Below are positions 39,813-50,001 of a stretch of 57,091 bases of DNA, one piece after another. Each line of letters starts with the position of its first letter. The stretch's first letter is position 1. The DNA lies in sequence record DRR723986_11703. One strand, 5' to 3'. The notes under the pieces are model-generated. The model worked only from the letters and a program-made list of their open reading frames with translations. It did not search any database and was not told the origin of the DNA. The translations under genes were made by a program, and so were the position numbers.

Positions 39813-41579
39813 TCACTGTATCTGCGAAGTGGCTTCTCGGCGTCGGATAAGGGACGCGAAGACTGCGAGCAGGCAGAACCATGCAAGTGGATAGCCACCG
39901 AAGCTGATCGGGCCGCTGAATCGATTGTCTTCCCGAGGCTCGGCCAGGACGCCCGTCACTTCACCTCGCGATGTACTCTGCACGAGTCGTCCTGCACCAT
40001 CGATCGAAGCCGACAGCCCCGTGTTGGCCGCCACGATCGTAGGCTTCCGCAGTTCAACGGAGCACAGTCGGGTGCACGCGAGGTGGTGGTCGAGCATCGA
40101 AGAACCACGGAACCAACTGTCATTGGACAAATTGACCAAAACCTGCGGATCTTGCCCATCAGCACGCAGAGTTCTCATTTGCCCGAGGATAATTCTGGGC
40201 ATCATGCTCTCAAAACAGATGTTCGGTGCCAGTCTTGCTCCGGCGACCTCCATCGTCACCGGCTGCCGTCCAGCATCAATCCCGATCGGAAATTCATCAC
40301 GCAGTGGTTTCAGCAGTGGCCCAAGCGGAATGTACTCGCCATACATGACCCGATGCATTTTGCTGTAGACGCCTGCAACTTGCCCGGTAGCATCGACCAA
40401 CAATGCGGAATTGAACTTTTCAAGTTTCTCCGTCGTCACGCGACCAGAGTCACTTCCGAGCAACAGAGCTGGCGCGGAGTTGGCTCCATCGCTCATGGCT
40501 GCCTGTTGCGTCATCCGAACCTTGTAGGAAAACTCATCAGCCAACCGCTGGCGGGCTGCACGGAATGCCTGTTCATTCTCAGCAACTTCATCGGGCAGCG
40601 AGTCGGGTAATTCCGGATCCAACCATGGCAACCCGGCTGAAAACGTGGACTCGGGCCAAACGACCAGATCGGCTGGGCCTAGAGTATCGGCTAGTGTGCG
40701 AGTGTTCTCCAAGTAGGAGTCCCAAGCCTGTTTCAGCCGATCTTCCGTAGATTCAAAAAAAGTGGGCGCATTTTCTTGTACCAAGAGCGCTCGCAACAGG
40801 GCTGGTCGCTTACTGGCAATTTCGTCACTCTGCCTCAGCCGCATTTGACCATACGATACACAGGCCACGACCAACGCAATCACCGCAACTACCGCCCGCG
40901 CATTGGACTTCAGTGAAGCGCCAATGCTGAGCCTGGTGCTATCGTTTGCGGCGTCGGTCACGAATCCAGGCAGTAGCGGTGAAGCGACTTGTGCAAGGGC
41001 TCCAGCGGCAGCGAGCACGACGAAACTGATTCCAAACGCTCCGGTCAAGTCCGCGATTTGCAGCAGGGAAGCGAAGTCGACTTGGGAGTGTGCAACCATG
41101 TTCGCACAGTAGCCGGTTAAGACATAAGTGCGTGTGAACTCCAGGGCGACCCATCCAATCGGTGCAGCCAAAAACAAAGGTAATCGCCAGGCGGTTTGCA
41201 TCTTTCGGACTGCGAACACAAACAGCGGTATGTAAACCGCCAGGTAGAGTGAAAGCGAAATCCAGCCGAAGTACAGTGGCCAATACGCTAATCGAATTCC
41301 CTGCAGAGTCGCCAACCAGAATATGCATCCGCTTACCCAAAGCGTTAGGTAGCTCTTGCGGCTGAGCTCGGGCGCTCGGGCAGCAATGTGTAGCCAGCCG
41401 ATGGGGGCAATCCATGCTAGTGGAGCGAAGCCGATCGGAGGAAACGCTGCCCACAGGAGAATTGCGCTGGCCATCGCCCACGGCCACACTCGCACCGGCG
41501 GCTGAGGGGGCTTCACGCCAGATTTTCCCTTTGCGGTTTTTCCGTCTGCCGAGCGTTTTGACTTGGTCTTCTTGGACAT
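39813..41579 (-). CDS. lnt: Apolipoprotein N-acyltransferase
   Basis: Multi-TM N-terminus; nitrilase triad WPES / YSKMHRVMYGEYIP / ICFES; NDSWF and NTG. Confidence 0.93.
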   Translation of the reverse strand: MSKKTKSKRSADGKTAKGKSGVKPPQPPVRVWPWAMASAILLWAAFPPIGFAPLAWIAPIGWLHIAARAPELSRKSYLTLWVSGCIFWLATLQGIRLAYWPLYFGWISLSLYLAVYIPLFVFAVRKMQTAWRLPLFLAAPIGWVALEFTRTYVLTGYCANMVAHSQVDFASLLQIADLTGAFGISFVVLAAAGALAQVASPLLPGFVTDAANDSTRLSIGASLKSNARAVVAVIALVVACVSYGQMRLRQSDEIASKRPALLRALLVQENAPTFFESTEDRLKQAWDSYLENTRTLADTLGPADLVVWPESTFSAGLPWLDPELPDSLPDEVAENEQAFRAARQRLADEFSYKVRMTQQAAMSDGANSAPALLLGSDSGRVTTEKLEKFNSALLVDATGQVAGVYSKMHRVMYGEYIPLGPLLKPLRDEFPIGIDAGRQPVTMEVAGARLAPNICFESMMPRIILGQMRTLRADGQDPQVLVNLSNDSWFRGSSMLDHHLACTRLCSVELRKPTIVAANTGLSASIDGAGRLVQSTSRGEVTGVLAEPREDNRFSGPISFGGYPLAWFCLLAVFASLIRRREATSQIQ

Positions 41580-41674
41580 CGCCGATTCTCCGTAATCAAT
41601 CCAACAAAATTCAGTCCGTCAGACCGATGACGTGCAACCGGCCTAAGCACTTCGGCAGCCAATTGGCACGCTTG

Positions 41675-44593
41675 CTAGGCCCAGTTGAGCGGTGAGTGCC
41701 AGGCGTCGAACAGTTCCTGCCAGGCAGCGCTCAGGACGAGTTGCCCTGTGGATTCGATCCGCACCTCGCTACCGGCTTCGATTTGACCGAGGCGGGCAAT
41801 CGGCGTCGAGCCCATGGCGGCGACGAATTCCCGTTCGCTCGCGGCGTCAACTTCGACCAGGAACCGACTGTTGCTCTCGCTGAACAGTAAAGTCGTAGCG
41901 CTCAAGCCAGTCGATTCGACAACTTTACTCAGGTCGACGCTGGCCCCAAGTTGCCCGCCAAAGCAAACTTCGGCCAAAGCAACGACCAAACCACCTTCAC
42001 TCAAGTCGTGGCATGACCGAAGGTGCCCATTCTCAATGGATTGGTGCACGGACTTGAAAGTGGCAAGAGCATCGTCGGTTCGAACTTGCGGCACGTGCCC
42101 ACCGGACTTGCCCAGAACTTTGTGAAGGTGCGACCCCCCTAGTTCATTGTAGGTGTTGCCAACCAAGTAAAGCGGATTGCCAGCCTCTTTCGCATCCATC
42201 GTTACGCACTTGCGAACGTCGGAGATCTGCCCCATGGCGCTGATCAACAACGATGGTGGAATCGCAATCGACTGTTTGTTGCCGTCATCATCCAGCCAAG
42301 CAAATTCGTTGTTCAGGCTGTCTTTTCCGCTAATAAACGGTGTCTTCCAAGCAACAGCCACATCGTGGCAAGCCAGCGAGGCACGGACAAGCGAGCCGAG
42401 CGTCTCGGGGCGATCGGTATTGCCCCAACAGAAGTTGTCCAAAATGGCGATCTTGCTGGGGTCAGCACCGACGGCGACAGCATTACGAACGGCTTCGTCG
42501 ATTGCACTTGCGGCCATGTGGTAGGTGTCTAGATCGCCAAAGTCGGGGTTCATCCCGCAGCTAATCACGACGCCTTTCGCCGAGTCGACTCGAGGCCGAA
42601 CGACGGCTGCATCGGAGGGGCCGTTCGCCGCAGGGCCAACTAGCGGTTTGACGGCACTCCCGGCTTGCACTTCGTGGTCGTATTGGCGGATCACCCAGTG
42701 CTTTGAAGCCACGTTCAGGCTACCGAGGACTGCCTTGGTGGCATCCAACGTCTGAGCAGCGTCGAGCGTGATGGACTCCCCGGGCGATACTTCGGGAGGC
42801 GAGTAAGTGGCTTCGCGGATGACTGGCGGTCGGCCGTCGTGCAGGAATTTCATCGGCAGGTTGCCAACTTCATTGCCATCGTACATCAGTCGCAGGTTTC
42901 CGGTTGCAACGAATTGACCAATGACTGAAGCTTCGACCCCCTCTGCTTCACAGATGTCTTGCATTCGCTGCAGGTGTTCCTGCGGGACGGCAAAAACCAT
43001 TCGCTCTTGTGCTTCGCTGATCCAGATTTCGGTATAGCTGAGGCCGTCGTACTTCAGCGGTGCCTTCTCTAGCCAGACTTCCGCGCCCAGCTCTTCTCCC
43101 ATTTCTCCAACGGCGCTGCTAAAGCCACCGGCGCCACAATCGGTCACGGCCGAGTATAGGCCCTCGTCGCGCGCTTGCAGGAGGACATCCAGCACCATCT
43201 TTTCCGTAACGGCATTGCCAATCTGCACGGCACCGCCGCTGATGGATTCACTTTCGCTGGTCAGTTCCGCGCTGCTAAACGTTGCACCGTGAATCCCGTC
43301 ACGCCCCGTTCGGCCGCCAATGGTAACGATCCAGTCACCTTCCAGCGGTGCCTTTTCAACTTTGTCGACAGGCAGGAGGCCAGCGTTGCCGCAGTAGACG
43401 AGCGGGTTGCCCAGGTAGCGATCGTCGAAGTATACGGCTCCGTTGACTGTCGGAATCCCCATCCGGTTTCCGTAATCACGGACTCCAGAGACGACGCCCT
43501 TCATCACGCGGCGAGGGTGCAAGACTCCAGGCGGTAGGTCTTCTGCTGGAGTGTCAGGTGGAGCGAAACAGAAAATGTCGGTGTTACAAAATGGCTTGGC
43601 TCCCAGTCCAGTTCCCATCGGGTCCCGGATCACGCCGCCGATACCGGTATTCGATCCCCCGTAAGGTTCGATTGCACTGGGGTGATTGTGTGTCTCAACC
43701 TTGAAAACGACGTGATATTCATCGTCAAAGGTGACTACGCCAGCGTTGTCCGAGAACACTTTGACGCACCAATCATTCTCGCCGAGCTGCTTGCGGATCT
43801 TCTGCGTTGCTTCAAAAATGGTCTCTTTGAGCATATTCTCGAATTGCCGCGAACCGTTCTCGTCGGTGTACGCAATGCGGCCAGCAAGCGTCTTGTGGCT
43901 GCAATGCTCGCTCCAAGTCTGGGCGATCGTCTCCAGTTCAATGTCAGTGGGCTCGCGGTCGAGTTTCTTGAAGTAATCGCGAATGGTTTGCATCTCTGCC
44001 AAAGTGAGATACAACTGCCCGTGCTTGCTCAGGTGCATCAGGCCATCATCGTCGAGTTCGCGGATATCGACGTGCTGGAGCGAGAATTGGTAGTCCGACC
44101 CGACGTCAATTCTTTCAAGCTCAAGCGCGCCGTTGATAACTCGCTCGATCGAGTCATTGGACAGAAGCTTCTGGCTGATGCGGTGCGTGAGTTCCTCGGA
44201 TGTGTCACGCAACCGGTATTTTCGCAACGTTGAAACACCCGTTGCATCAATGCCCATATCCTGCAACGCACCGAGCGTGCTAAGGGCAACCGGATCCATG
44301 ACGCCGGGCTTCGGTAGCACGTAAACCAACTGTTCACCAGGCTCGGTAGTGCCAAGCGATGGATCCCCAACGCGAGCTACGGTCACTTGTTCTGTAATGG
44401 AATCGGCAAGCAACAGTTCAGCGGCCCGCTTGGCAGCCGCTTCGTCAAGCTCGCCTTGCAGTAGGAAACCATGGGCAGCGGTGATACAAATGCTGTCAGC
44501 TAGTCCCAAATCGCGAGCTTCATCGGCCAGCGCTTGCGAGACCTGATCAATTTGGCCTTCGGCCGGTACAACGTCAATTTCCCAAAGCGTCAC
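41675..44593 (-). CDS. purL: Phosphoribosylformylglycinamidine synthase PurL with N-terminal PurS-like extension
   Basis: QTWSEHCSHK, KVETHNHPSAIEP, TGRDGIHGA, DCGAGG, SEAQERM, QYDHEV and HDLSEGG; GTG start at 44593 overlapping the tyrA end. Confidence 0.96.
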   Translation of the reverse strand: MTLWEIDVVPAEGQIDQVSQALADEARDLGLADSICITAAHGFLLQGELDEAAAKRAAELLLADSITEQVTVARVGDPSLGTTEPGEQLVYVLPKPGVMDPVALSTLGALQDMGIDATGVSTLRKYRLRDTSEELTHRISQKLLSNDSIERVINGALELERIDVGSDYQFSLQHVDIRELDDDGLMHLSKHGQLYLTLAEMQTIRDYFKKLDREPTDIELETIAQTWSEHCSHKTLAGRIAYTDENGSRQFENMLKETIFEATQKIRKQLGENDWCVKVFSDNAGVVTFDDEYHVVFKVETHNHPSAIEPYGGSNTGIGGVIRDPMGTGLGAKPFCNTDIFCFAPPDTPAEDLPPGVLHPRRVMKGVVSGVRDYGNRMGIPTVNGAVYFDDRYLGNPLVYCGNAGLLPVDKVEKAPLEGDWIVTIGGRTGRDGIHGATFSSAELTSESESISGGAVQIGNAVTEKMVLDVLLQARDEGLYSAVTDCGAGGFSSAVGEMGEELGAEVWLEKAPLKYDGLSYTEIWISEAQERMVFAVPQEHLQRMQDICEAEGVEASVIGQFVATGNLRLMYDGNEVGNLPMKFLHDGRPPVIREATYSPPEVSPGESITLDAAQTLDATKAVLGSLNVASKHWVIRQYDHEVQAGSAVKPLVGPAANGPSDAAVVRPRVDSAKGVVISCGMNPDFGDLDTYHMAASAIDEAVRNAVAVGADPSKIAILDNFCWGNTDRPETLGSLVRASLACHDVAVAWKTPFISGKDSLNNEFAWLDDDGNKQSIAIPPSLLISAMGQISDVRKCVTMDAKEAGNPLYLVGNTYNELGGSHLHKVLGKSGGHVPQVRTDDALATFKSVHQSIENGHLRSCHDLSEGGLVVALAEVCFGGQLGASVDLSKVVESTGLSATTLLFSESNSRFLVEVDAASEREFVAAMGSTPIARLGQIEAGSEVRIESTGQLVLSAAWQELFDAWHSPLNWA

Positions 44594-45413
44594 GTTTGGC
44601 TTTCCCTTGTTCAAGGAGTTGTTGGATTTCTTCAGCGTCCCCGTCTTGCACCGCTGCAATCCACTGTTGCAGATTGCCAGCGAACTTTTTTAGTGCGTCT
44701 GCAATCGGGACTTTGTTTTCCAAAATGATTTGCTGCCACATCTCGGGGCTGCCGCCGGCGACACGGGTCGTGTCAGCCCAGCCACTGGCCGCGACGGGCA
44801 AGAGCTGCGTTTCTGTGGTGGAAGCCAGCGCTGCCGCAACGATGTGCGGTAAATGGCTCGTGGAAGCAACAGCGCTATCATGTTGTTCTGGTGACATGCG
44901 GAGCGTCTGGCAGCCGAGCGAGGTCCACAGTGATTCGGCCGAGGCGCAGACCGTTTCCGCGGTGCCTGTATCCGGAGTCACAATGGCAACTTTGCCGTCA
45001 AACAGATCAGCACGCGCGTGTTCGACGCCATCTTTTTCACTGCCCGCCATCGGGTGAGAACCGCAAAACGCGGAGGTATCACAGTCCAGCTCCCGGACCT
45101 GCTGGCAGATCCCCGCCTTGGTGCTACCGACATCGGTTACGATTCCCTGCACCACGGGCAGCAGTGATTCACACCAGCCCGGAATGTACTGCACGGGCGT
45201 GCAGATGACGGCTAAGTCAAATTGTGAATCGGTGGGAGGTCGTTCGATGAAGTAGTCATCAATTGCGCCGAGTTGCTTTGCGGTCTTGAGGCGATCTTCG
45301 TTCCGCCCGATTCCGGTCACCTTTTTGGCAAGTCCACGGCTACGCAGCGCCATGCCGATCGAGCCACCTAGTAGCCCGACGCCGACAATTGCCGCGTGCT
45401 CATACTTGCTCAT
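44574..45413 (-). CDS. tyrA: Prephenate/arogenate dehydrogenase
   Basis: GVGLLGGS, DVGSTK, HPMAGSE, HD...SHLPH and DTTRVA; start moved to ATG 45413. Confidence 0.92.
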   Translation of the reverse strand: MSKYEHAAIVGVGLLGGSIGMALRSRGLAKKVTGIGRNEDRLKTAKQLGAIDDYFIERPPTDSQFDLAVICTPVQYIPGWCESLLPVVQGIVTDVGSTKAGICQQVRELDCDTSAFCGSHPMAGSEKDGVEHARADLFDGKVAIVTPDTGTAETVCASAESLWTSLGCQTLRMSPEQHDSAVASTSHLPHIVAAALASTTETQLLPVAASGWADTTRVAGGSPEMWQQIILENKVPIADALKKFAGNLQQWIAAVQDGDAEEIQQLLEQGKAKRDALGN

Positions 45414-45502
45414 TTGCAATTCCCTGCGGGGCAGTAGACGCAAGCCTTTCCGCCGCCGATCTCTGCTGCCATGAGGACTTTGGTGTCATCCTGCGGCGTG
45501 GC

Positions 45503-46696
45503 CTAACGCCGAGCTCGCTCGCAGCTAAATGGCAACCAAGCTCCGTCCTGTTTACTACTGGCAACCGCTTGTTCGATGAACAGCATACCCTCAACCCCAT
45601 CGTGAACGTTGGGGTAAACCGTGTCGACACGATCGATCGTTTCACCAGACGACTTGGCAACGATTGCATCGAACGCGGCGGTGTAAATGTTTGCAAACGC
45701 TTCGAAGAATGCTTCAGGGTGACCGCTTGGAAGTCGACAGGCGGCTGCACCGGCAGCATTCATGAATGGAGCGTTGGGGTCACGAGTGTAAATTTTGTGT
45801 GGTTCGCCGTTGGCCCGAACGATCATTGCGTTGGGTTCTTCTTGTCGCCACTGAATGGCCCCTTTGGTGCCGTCAATTTCAATGGTGACATCGTTTTCGC
45901 GACCGTGGCTAATCTGCGAAGCGGTGACGGTCCCGATACCACCGTTGTCGTATTTGATGATGCTGGTGCCGTAATCGTCCAGCTTCCGATCCGGCACGAA
46001 AGTTCGTAGGTGACAGGAGATTTCCGCGGGAAGGAGCCCCGTCATGTAGCGGCCAAGATTGTAGGCGTGGGTCGCGATGTCGCCGAAGCAACCTGCTGCA
46101 CCACTCTTGCTGGGGTCCGTTCGCCAAGCTGCTTGCTTTTGGTCTTCGTCTTCAAGCTTTGATCGCAACCAGCCCTGAATGTAGTTGGCACGGACCGCTT
46201 GGATCTCACCCAATTCACCGCTCAGGATCATTTCCCGCGCTTGGCGAACGAGAGGGTATCCGGTGTAGTTGTGCGTAAGGGCAAATACCGTGTCGGCGCC
46301 ATCGACAACTTTGGCCAAGTCCTCGGCCTGCGCCAGATCAAACGTCATCGGCTTGTCGCAAACAACGTGGTACCCAGCCTCGACGGCCGCCTTTGCAATT
46401 TCATAGTGCGTGTGGTTGGGCGTCGTGACACTGACGAAATCGATTCGCTCGCCCTCAGGAAGATCCTTTTCCTTCTCGAACATTTCCTTGTACGAGCCGT
46501 ACGCTCTGTCTTCGCTAACGTTGTAGTCCGCCGCGGATGCTTTGCTACGCTCCGGATTGCTGGAAAATGCCCCCGCAACAACTTCTGCTCGATTGTCGAG
46601 ACAAGCGGCGATCGAGTGGACTTTTCCGATGAACGAGCCAATCCCGCCGCCAACAAGTCCCATTTTCAGTTTGCGATTCAGCGGACCATTGGTCAT
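45503..46696 (-). CDS. Gfo/Idh/MocA-family NAD(P)-dependent oxidoreductase
   Basis: GLVGGG, TPNHTH, CDKP, HNYTGYP, YIQGW and DIATH motifs. Confidence 0.92.
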   Translation of the reverse strand: MTNGPLNRKLKMGLVGGGIGSFIGKVHSIAACLDNRAEVVAGAFSSNPERSKASAADYNVSEDRAYGSYKEMFEKEKDLPEGERIDFVSVTTPNHTHYEIAKAAVEAGYHVVCDKPMTFDLAQAEDLAKVVDGADTVFALTHNYTGYPLVRQAREMILSGELGEIQAVRANYIQGWLRSKLEDEDQKQAAWRTDPSKSGAAGCFGDIATHAYNLGRYMTGLLPAEISCHLRTFVPDRKLDDYGTSIIKYDNGGIGTVTASQISHGRENDVTIEIDGTKGAIQWRQEEPNAMIVRANGEPHKIYTRDPNAPFMNAAGAAACRLPSGHPEAFFEAFANIYTAAFDAIVAKSSGETIDRVDTVYPNVHDGVEGMLFIEQAVASSKQDGAWLPFSCERARR

Positions 46697-47022
46697 TTTT
46701 CAAGCTCCAGAACAAACAGCACAATCGATTGTGAGAAGTTCTCGTTTGAGCGGTTGCCACGGTCGGCAATGGGTGGGCACAAACCAGAAGACTTCTCAGT
46801 AGGTTTCCCCGTCAGAAACCCAAAGTCGCCTTTGCGATCGCGGACCGTTCTACCACATTTCACCCATTTCTGGGAGCGGGCGATTCTGCTACGGCCTACA
46901 GTTTTCTCGAAGCTCAGAAGACAACTTCTTGATGGGTGCAGTTGCTGCCCGTCGAGTCGTTCCGCGCTGTCTTAGAAGCGGTACAGCGTTCCTGCCGGGC
47001 GTCCCAGCGGAACCACTTCGCA

Positions 47023-48546
47023 CTATTTTGCCAGCCTGATGCCAGCGAATTGCCAGCGAGCTTCTGGCGGAAAGAAGTTGCGGTAGGTGTTTCGAATGTG
47101 GGTGGCGGAAGTCGCACACGAGCCGCCACGTAGGACAAACTGGTTGCACATGAATTTGCCGTTGTATTCCCCTAGTGCACCTGGCGGTACGCGATAACCT
47201 GGGTAAGCGACGTAGGGGCTGCTCGTCCACTGCCAAAGGTTTCCGAGTCGCAGCCACTTTCCAGATGATTCGCCGTTTTCTGTATCGTCGTTTCCTGGCT
47301 TGTCGTTTCCTGGCTCGTCGTTTTCAATCTGAGCGGACTCTGGGACGGGATGGATCGATTGTGACTGCGCGGTCAGCCGGTCGGCGAAGATTCCATCGCC
47401 TGCAGCGGTCGATTGTGCGTGATACTCCCATTCGAACTCCGTCGGCAACCGAGCTCCTGCCCAGCGAGCGAACGCGTCTGCTTCAAAAAAGCTCACATGG
47501 CAAACAGGCCGCCCCAAATCCAGTGGTTGAAGGCCAGCCAAAGTGAATTCAAACCATCGCCCATCTCGCTTGACCCAGTAAAGAGGCTGCGTCCACTGTT
47601 GCTGGTTGACGACCGACCATCCAAGCGACAGCCAGTGCTCCGGCTGCTGGTAACCGCCAGCATCAACGAAATCTAGGTATTCCCCGTTCGTTATCAGGTG
47701 GGTGCACAATTGGTGGTCCGAGAGCAACGCATTGTGTACCGGAGATTCATTGTCATAGGCAAAGCCGTCGTCGTCGTGTCCGATTCGTGTGATCCGCTCA
47801 TCTTCCGACACCCACTGCGGTGTGACCGATTCTGAGCAAGTCGCGATGGGGCGATCCGAGTACGCAGGATGCAGTGGGTTGCAAAAGAGGACGTGCTTGA
47901 TGTCGGTAAGCATGAGCTCTTGGTGCTGCTGCTCGTGCTGCAATCCGATCTCAAGGATCTTTAACTGGTTTGCCGAAAGCGTCTCCTCCTCCAGCAGACG
48001 AGCAACTCGTTGATCAACGTGGACGCGGTAGTCAAGCGTTTCGTTGATTCCCGGACGGGATATTAGCCCTCGTTGATCGCGAGGGAACTGCTTGCCGACC
48101 GTGTTGTAATAGGAGTTGAACAGGTACTCGAAGCTGTTGTCGAAGTGGCGGTAGCCCTTTAACTCGGAGAGCAAGAACGTTTCGAAGAACCAGGTGGTAT
48201 GCGCCAAGTGCCATCGCGTTGGGCTCACGTCGGGCATCGACTGTATGGCACAATCTTCGGCCGAAAGCGGCTCCGCGATCCGTGTACTAAAGCAACGGAC
48301 AGTCCGAAATTGCTCGGCCAGCGTCTCTTGGTTCGATGCAACCAGGCTAGACGATGAATTTGATGCAGTACTACTCATGCTTTCACGATGCCTCTTGCCC
48401 ACTGCCGAATCGGCAAACCTATGTGGGACCAAATGTTTCTTGCCCTTCTCGCTAGCCGAGTTGCTTTCGCGGCTCGCAAGTGAGGACTTGCTTTCTAAAT
48501 TCTTGTGATGCGCAACCACCGCGGACGCGTTGCTGCTTCGCGACAT
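47023..48546 (-). CDS. egtB: Ergothioneine biosynthesis sulfoxide synthase EgtB
   Basis: SPTRWHLAHTTWFFETF, FNSYY, HEQQH iron ligands, FGE-sulfatase-like C-domain (RLPTEFEWE, GEYNGKFM, RNTYRNFF). Start is 48546 or 48378. Confidence 0.9.
   Translation of the reverse strand: MSRSSNASAVVAHHKNLESKSSLASRESNSASEKGKKHLVPHRFADSAVGKRHRESMSSTASNSSSSLVASNQETLAEQFRTVRCFSTRIAEPLSAEDCAIQSMPDVSPTRWHLAHTTWFFETFLLSELKGYRHFDNSFEYLFNSYYNTVGKQFPRDQRGLISRPGINETLDYRVHVDQRVARLLEEETLSANQLKILEIGLQHEQQHQELMLTDIKHVLFCNPLHPAYSDRPIATCSESVTPQWVSEDERITRIGHDDDGFAYDNESPVHNALLSDHQLCTHLITNGEYLDFVDAGGYQQPEHWLSLGWSVVNQQQWTQPLYWVKRDGRWFEFTLAGLQPLDLGRPVCHVSFFEADAFARWAGARLPTEFEWEYHAQSTAAGDGIFADRLTAQSQSIHPVPESAQIENDEPGNDKPGNDDTENGESSGKWLRLGNLWQWTSSPYVAYPGYRVPPGALGEYNGKFMCNQFVLRGGSCATSATHIRNTYRNFFPPEARWQFAGIRLAK
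47285..47324. repeat. 15-bp tandem repeat (about 2.7 copies) inside egtB
   Basis: tcgtcgtttcctggc / ttgtcgtttcctggc / tcgtcgtttt, encoding NDEPG-NDKPG-NDD. Confidence 0.75.
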
Positions 48547-48570
48547 ACTTCAGAGCCAAAACTATAGCGA

Positions 48571-50001
48571 CTAGGCAGCCGGGTAGTCTGAACCAGACTC
48601 GCTCACGCCCTTATCCTGCTTGCCCCAACGCCCTGCAAGTAAGTCTGACATTGGCTTGGACACTTCGTTGCCTTCGAGCACAATTTTCAATCCTGCCGTG
48701 ATTGGCGTGGCAAGGAACATGCCCGTGATGCCCCACATCATCCCCCAAAACATTAAAGCTAGGAGGATCACGACCGGATGAAGGTCCGAAGTATCTCCCA
48801 TCAGTTTGGGTTCAACGACGTTGCCGCTAAGAATCTGAATGGACATCGTCACCGTAATTGCCGAAATCATCCAAAATGCCGAGCCGTCGCCTAGCAAGAT
48901 GAACGGGATTGGCAGCAGACTGGCCACCACTGGGCCAACGTTGGGAATGTAGTTGAGCAGAAAAGCGAGCAGGCCAAAGGTTAGCGCCATCGGCACACCA
49001 AACGCGGCAAGCGCTACGCCGAAGGCCACGCCGGTAAAGATCGAGATAATCGTCTTCATCATTAAGTAGGACCGGACTTGTCGATCAACTGCCTGAATCG
49101 AAGCGTACGCCTTCGGTGCGTCGGCGGACCCCAGCAAGATAAAAAAGACGTAAATCAGAACAACGACGCTAGTCGAAAAAATCTCGAGCAAGGCGGCTGA
49201 AATCCTCATCAGGCCGACGCGAATCAAGCTGCCCGCGGTCTCTTCAAAACTGGCTCGGTAGTCGGGCGAAAACTGCGAATCGATCTGCATCGGTTCTCGA
49301 ATACTGGTGTTCGCCAGAAGCTGCTCAGCGGCCATCGTCTCCGCAACGGTATCCTCCACAGAGCTGTCATCCGCAATACTATCGCCGAGAGTATCACCGT
49401 CTGACGCACTTTCTCGTGCATCGGGATCTGCTTCGTCATCAGAGTTTGCTGCGTCGTCGGAGATTGTGTCGCGATCGGCTAGAATCTCCGCTTCCGTTTC
49501 GGGCGGGGCCGTAGGTTGATTTGCATTCCCGTCATCGATTGTCTCGCCTAGCGGGGCAAACGCGTTTGGCTCTCGGATTGGCGCATCTGCTGAAGAATCG
49601 CGTGAAGCCACTGAATCAGCTTCTTCGGCATCGCCTTGGACGAACTCAAGCATGCTCGGCGGCAGCCAACTCCTAGCCGACTCAAGCAGTTCACCGACGC
49701 GCTGTTTGTAGGCGTCTCCCTGCTGACCGATTTGACGAACCGAAGCCCAAAGACAGACGGCGAGCACGCCGAGGGCAACGAGCCCAGCAACGAAGGCGAT
49801 CACTGAGGCTACCAGGCGATTGACGCGCAGGTGCTTTTCGAACAACTCAAGAATCGGTGTCACGCCACTGACAACGAACAACGCAATCACGAACGGTACC
49901 AAGACCGGACGGAGCCAGTAGACCATGTACGTCACAATCGCAGTCGCGATGACGACCAAGCAAATGGTTTGCGTCTTGTGCTCGGGGGCAAGCTTTTCCA
50001 A
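48571..50001 (-). CDS. AI-2E (PerM/TqsA) family transporter with long acidic insertion
   Basis: LRPVLVPF, YLMMKTIIS, LNYIPNVG, GNVVEPKLMG, LHP and WGITGMFLATP. Probable TTG start at 50001 with AGGA upstream; the ORF is open to 50166. Confidence 0.88.
   Translation of the reverse strand: MEKLAPEHKTQTICLVVIATAIVTYMVYWLRPVLVPFVIALFVVSGVTPILELFEKHLRVNRLVASVIAFVAGLVALGVLAVCLWASVRQIGQQGDAYKQRVGELLESARSWLPPSMLEFVQGDAEEADSVASRDSSADAPIREPNAFAPLGETIDDGNANQPTAPPETEAEILADRDTISDDAANSDDEADPDARESASDGDTLGDSIADDSSVEDTVAETMAAEQLLANTSIREPMQIDSQFSPDYRASFEETAGSLIRVGLMRISAALLEIFSTSVVVLIYVFFILLGSADAPKAYASIQAVDRQVRSYLMMKTIISIFTGVAFGVALAAFGVPMALTFGLLAFLLNYIPNVGPVVASLLPIPFILLGDGSAFWMISAITVTMSIQILSGNVVEPKLMGDTSDLHPVVILLALMFWGMMWGITGMFLATPITAGLKIVLEGNEVSKPMSDLLAGRWGKQDKGVSESGSDYPAA

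Noticed and set aside
39768-40610. 280-aa plus-strand ORF
   Set aside because: Antisense shadow of lnt with no motifs.
44594-44659. Long purL/tyrA overlap
   Set aside because: A GTG start at 44593 leaves an ordinary 20-nt overlap.
46199-46975. 258-aa plus-strand ORF
   Set aside because: Mostly antisense to the well-supported Gfo/Idh/MocA gene.
47023-48546. Selenoneine synthase SenA or ovothiol synthase OvoA
   Set aside because: No senB/selD neighbours and no C-terminal methyltransferase domain; the motifs fit EgtB.
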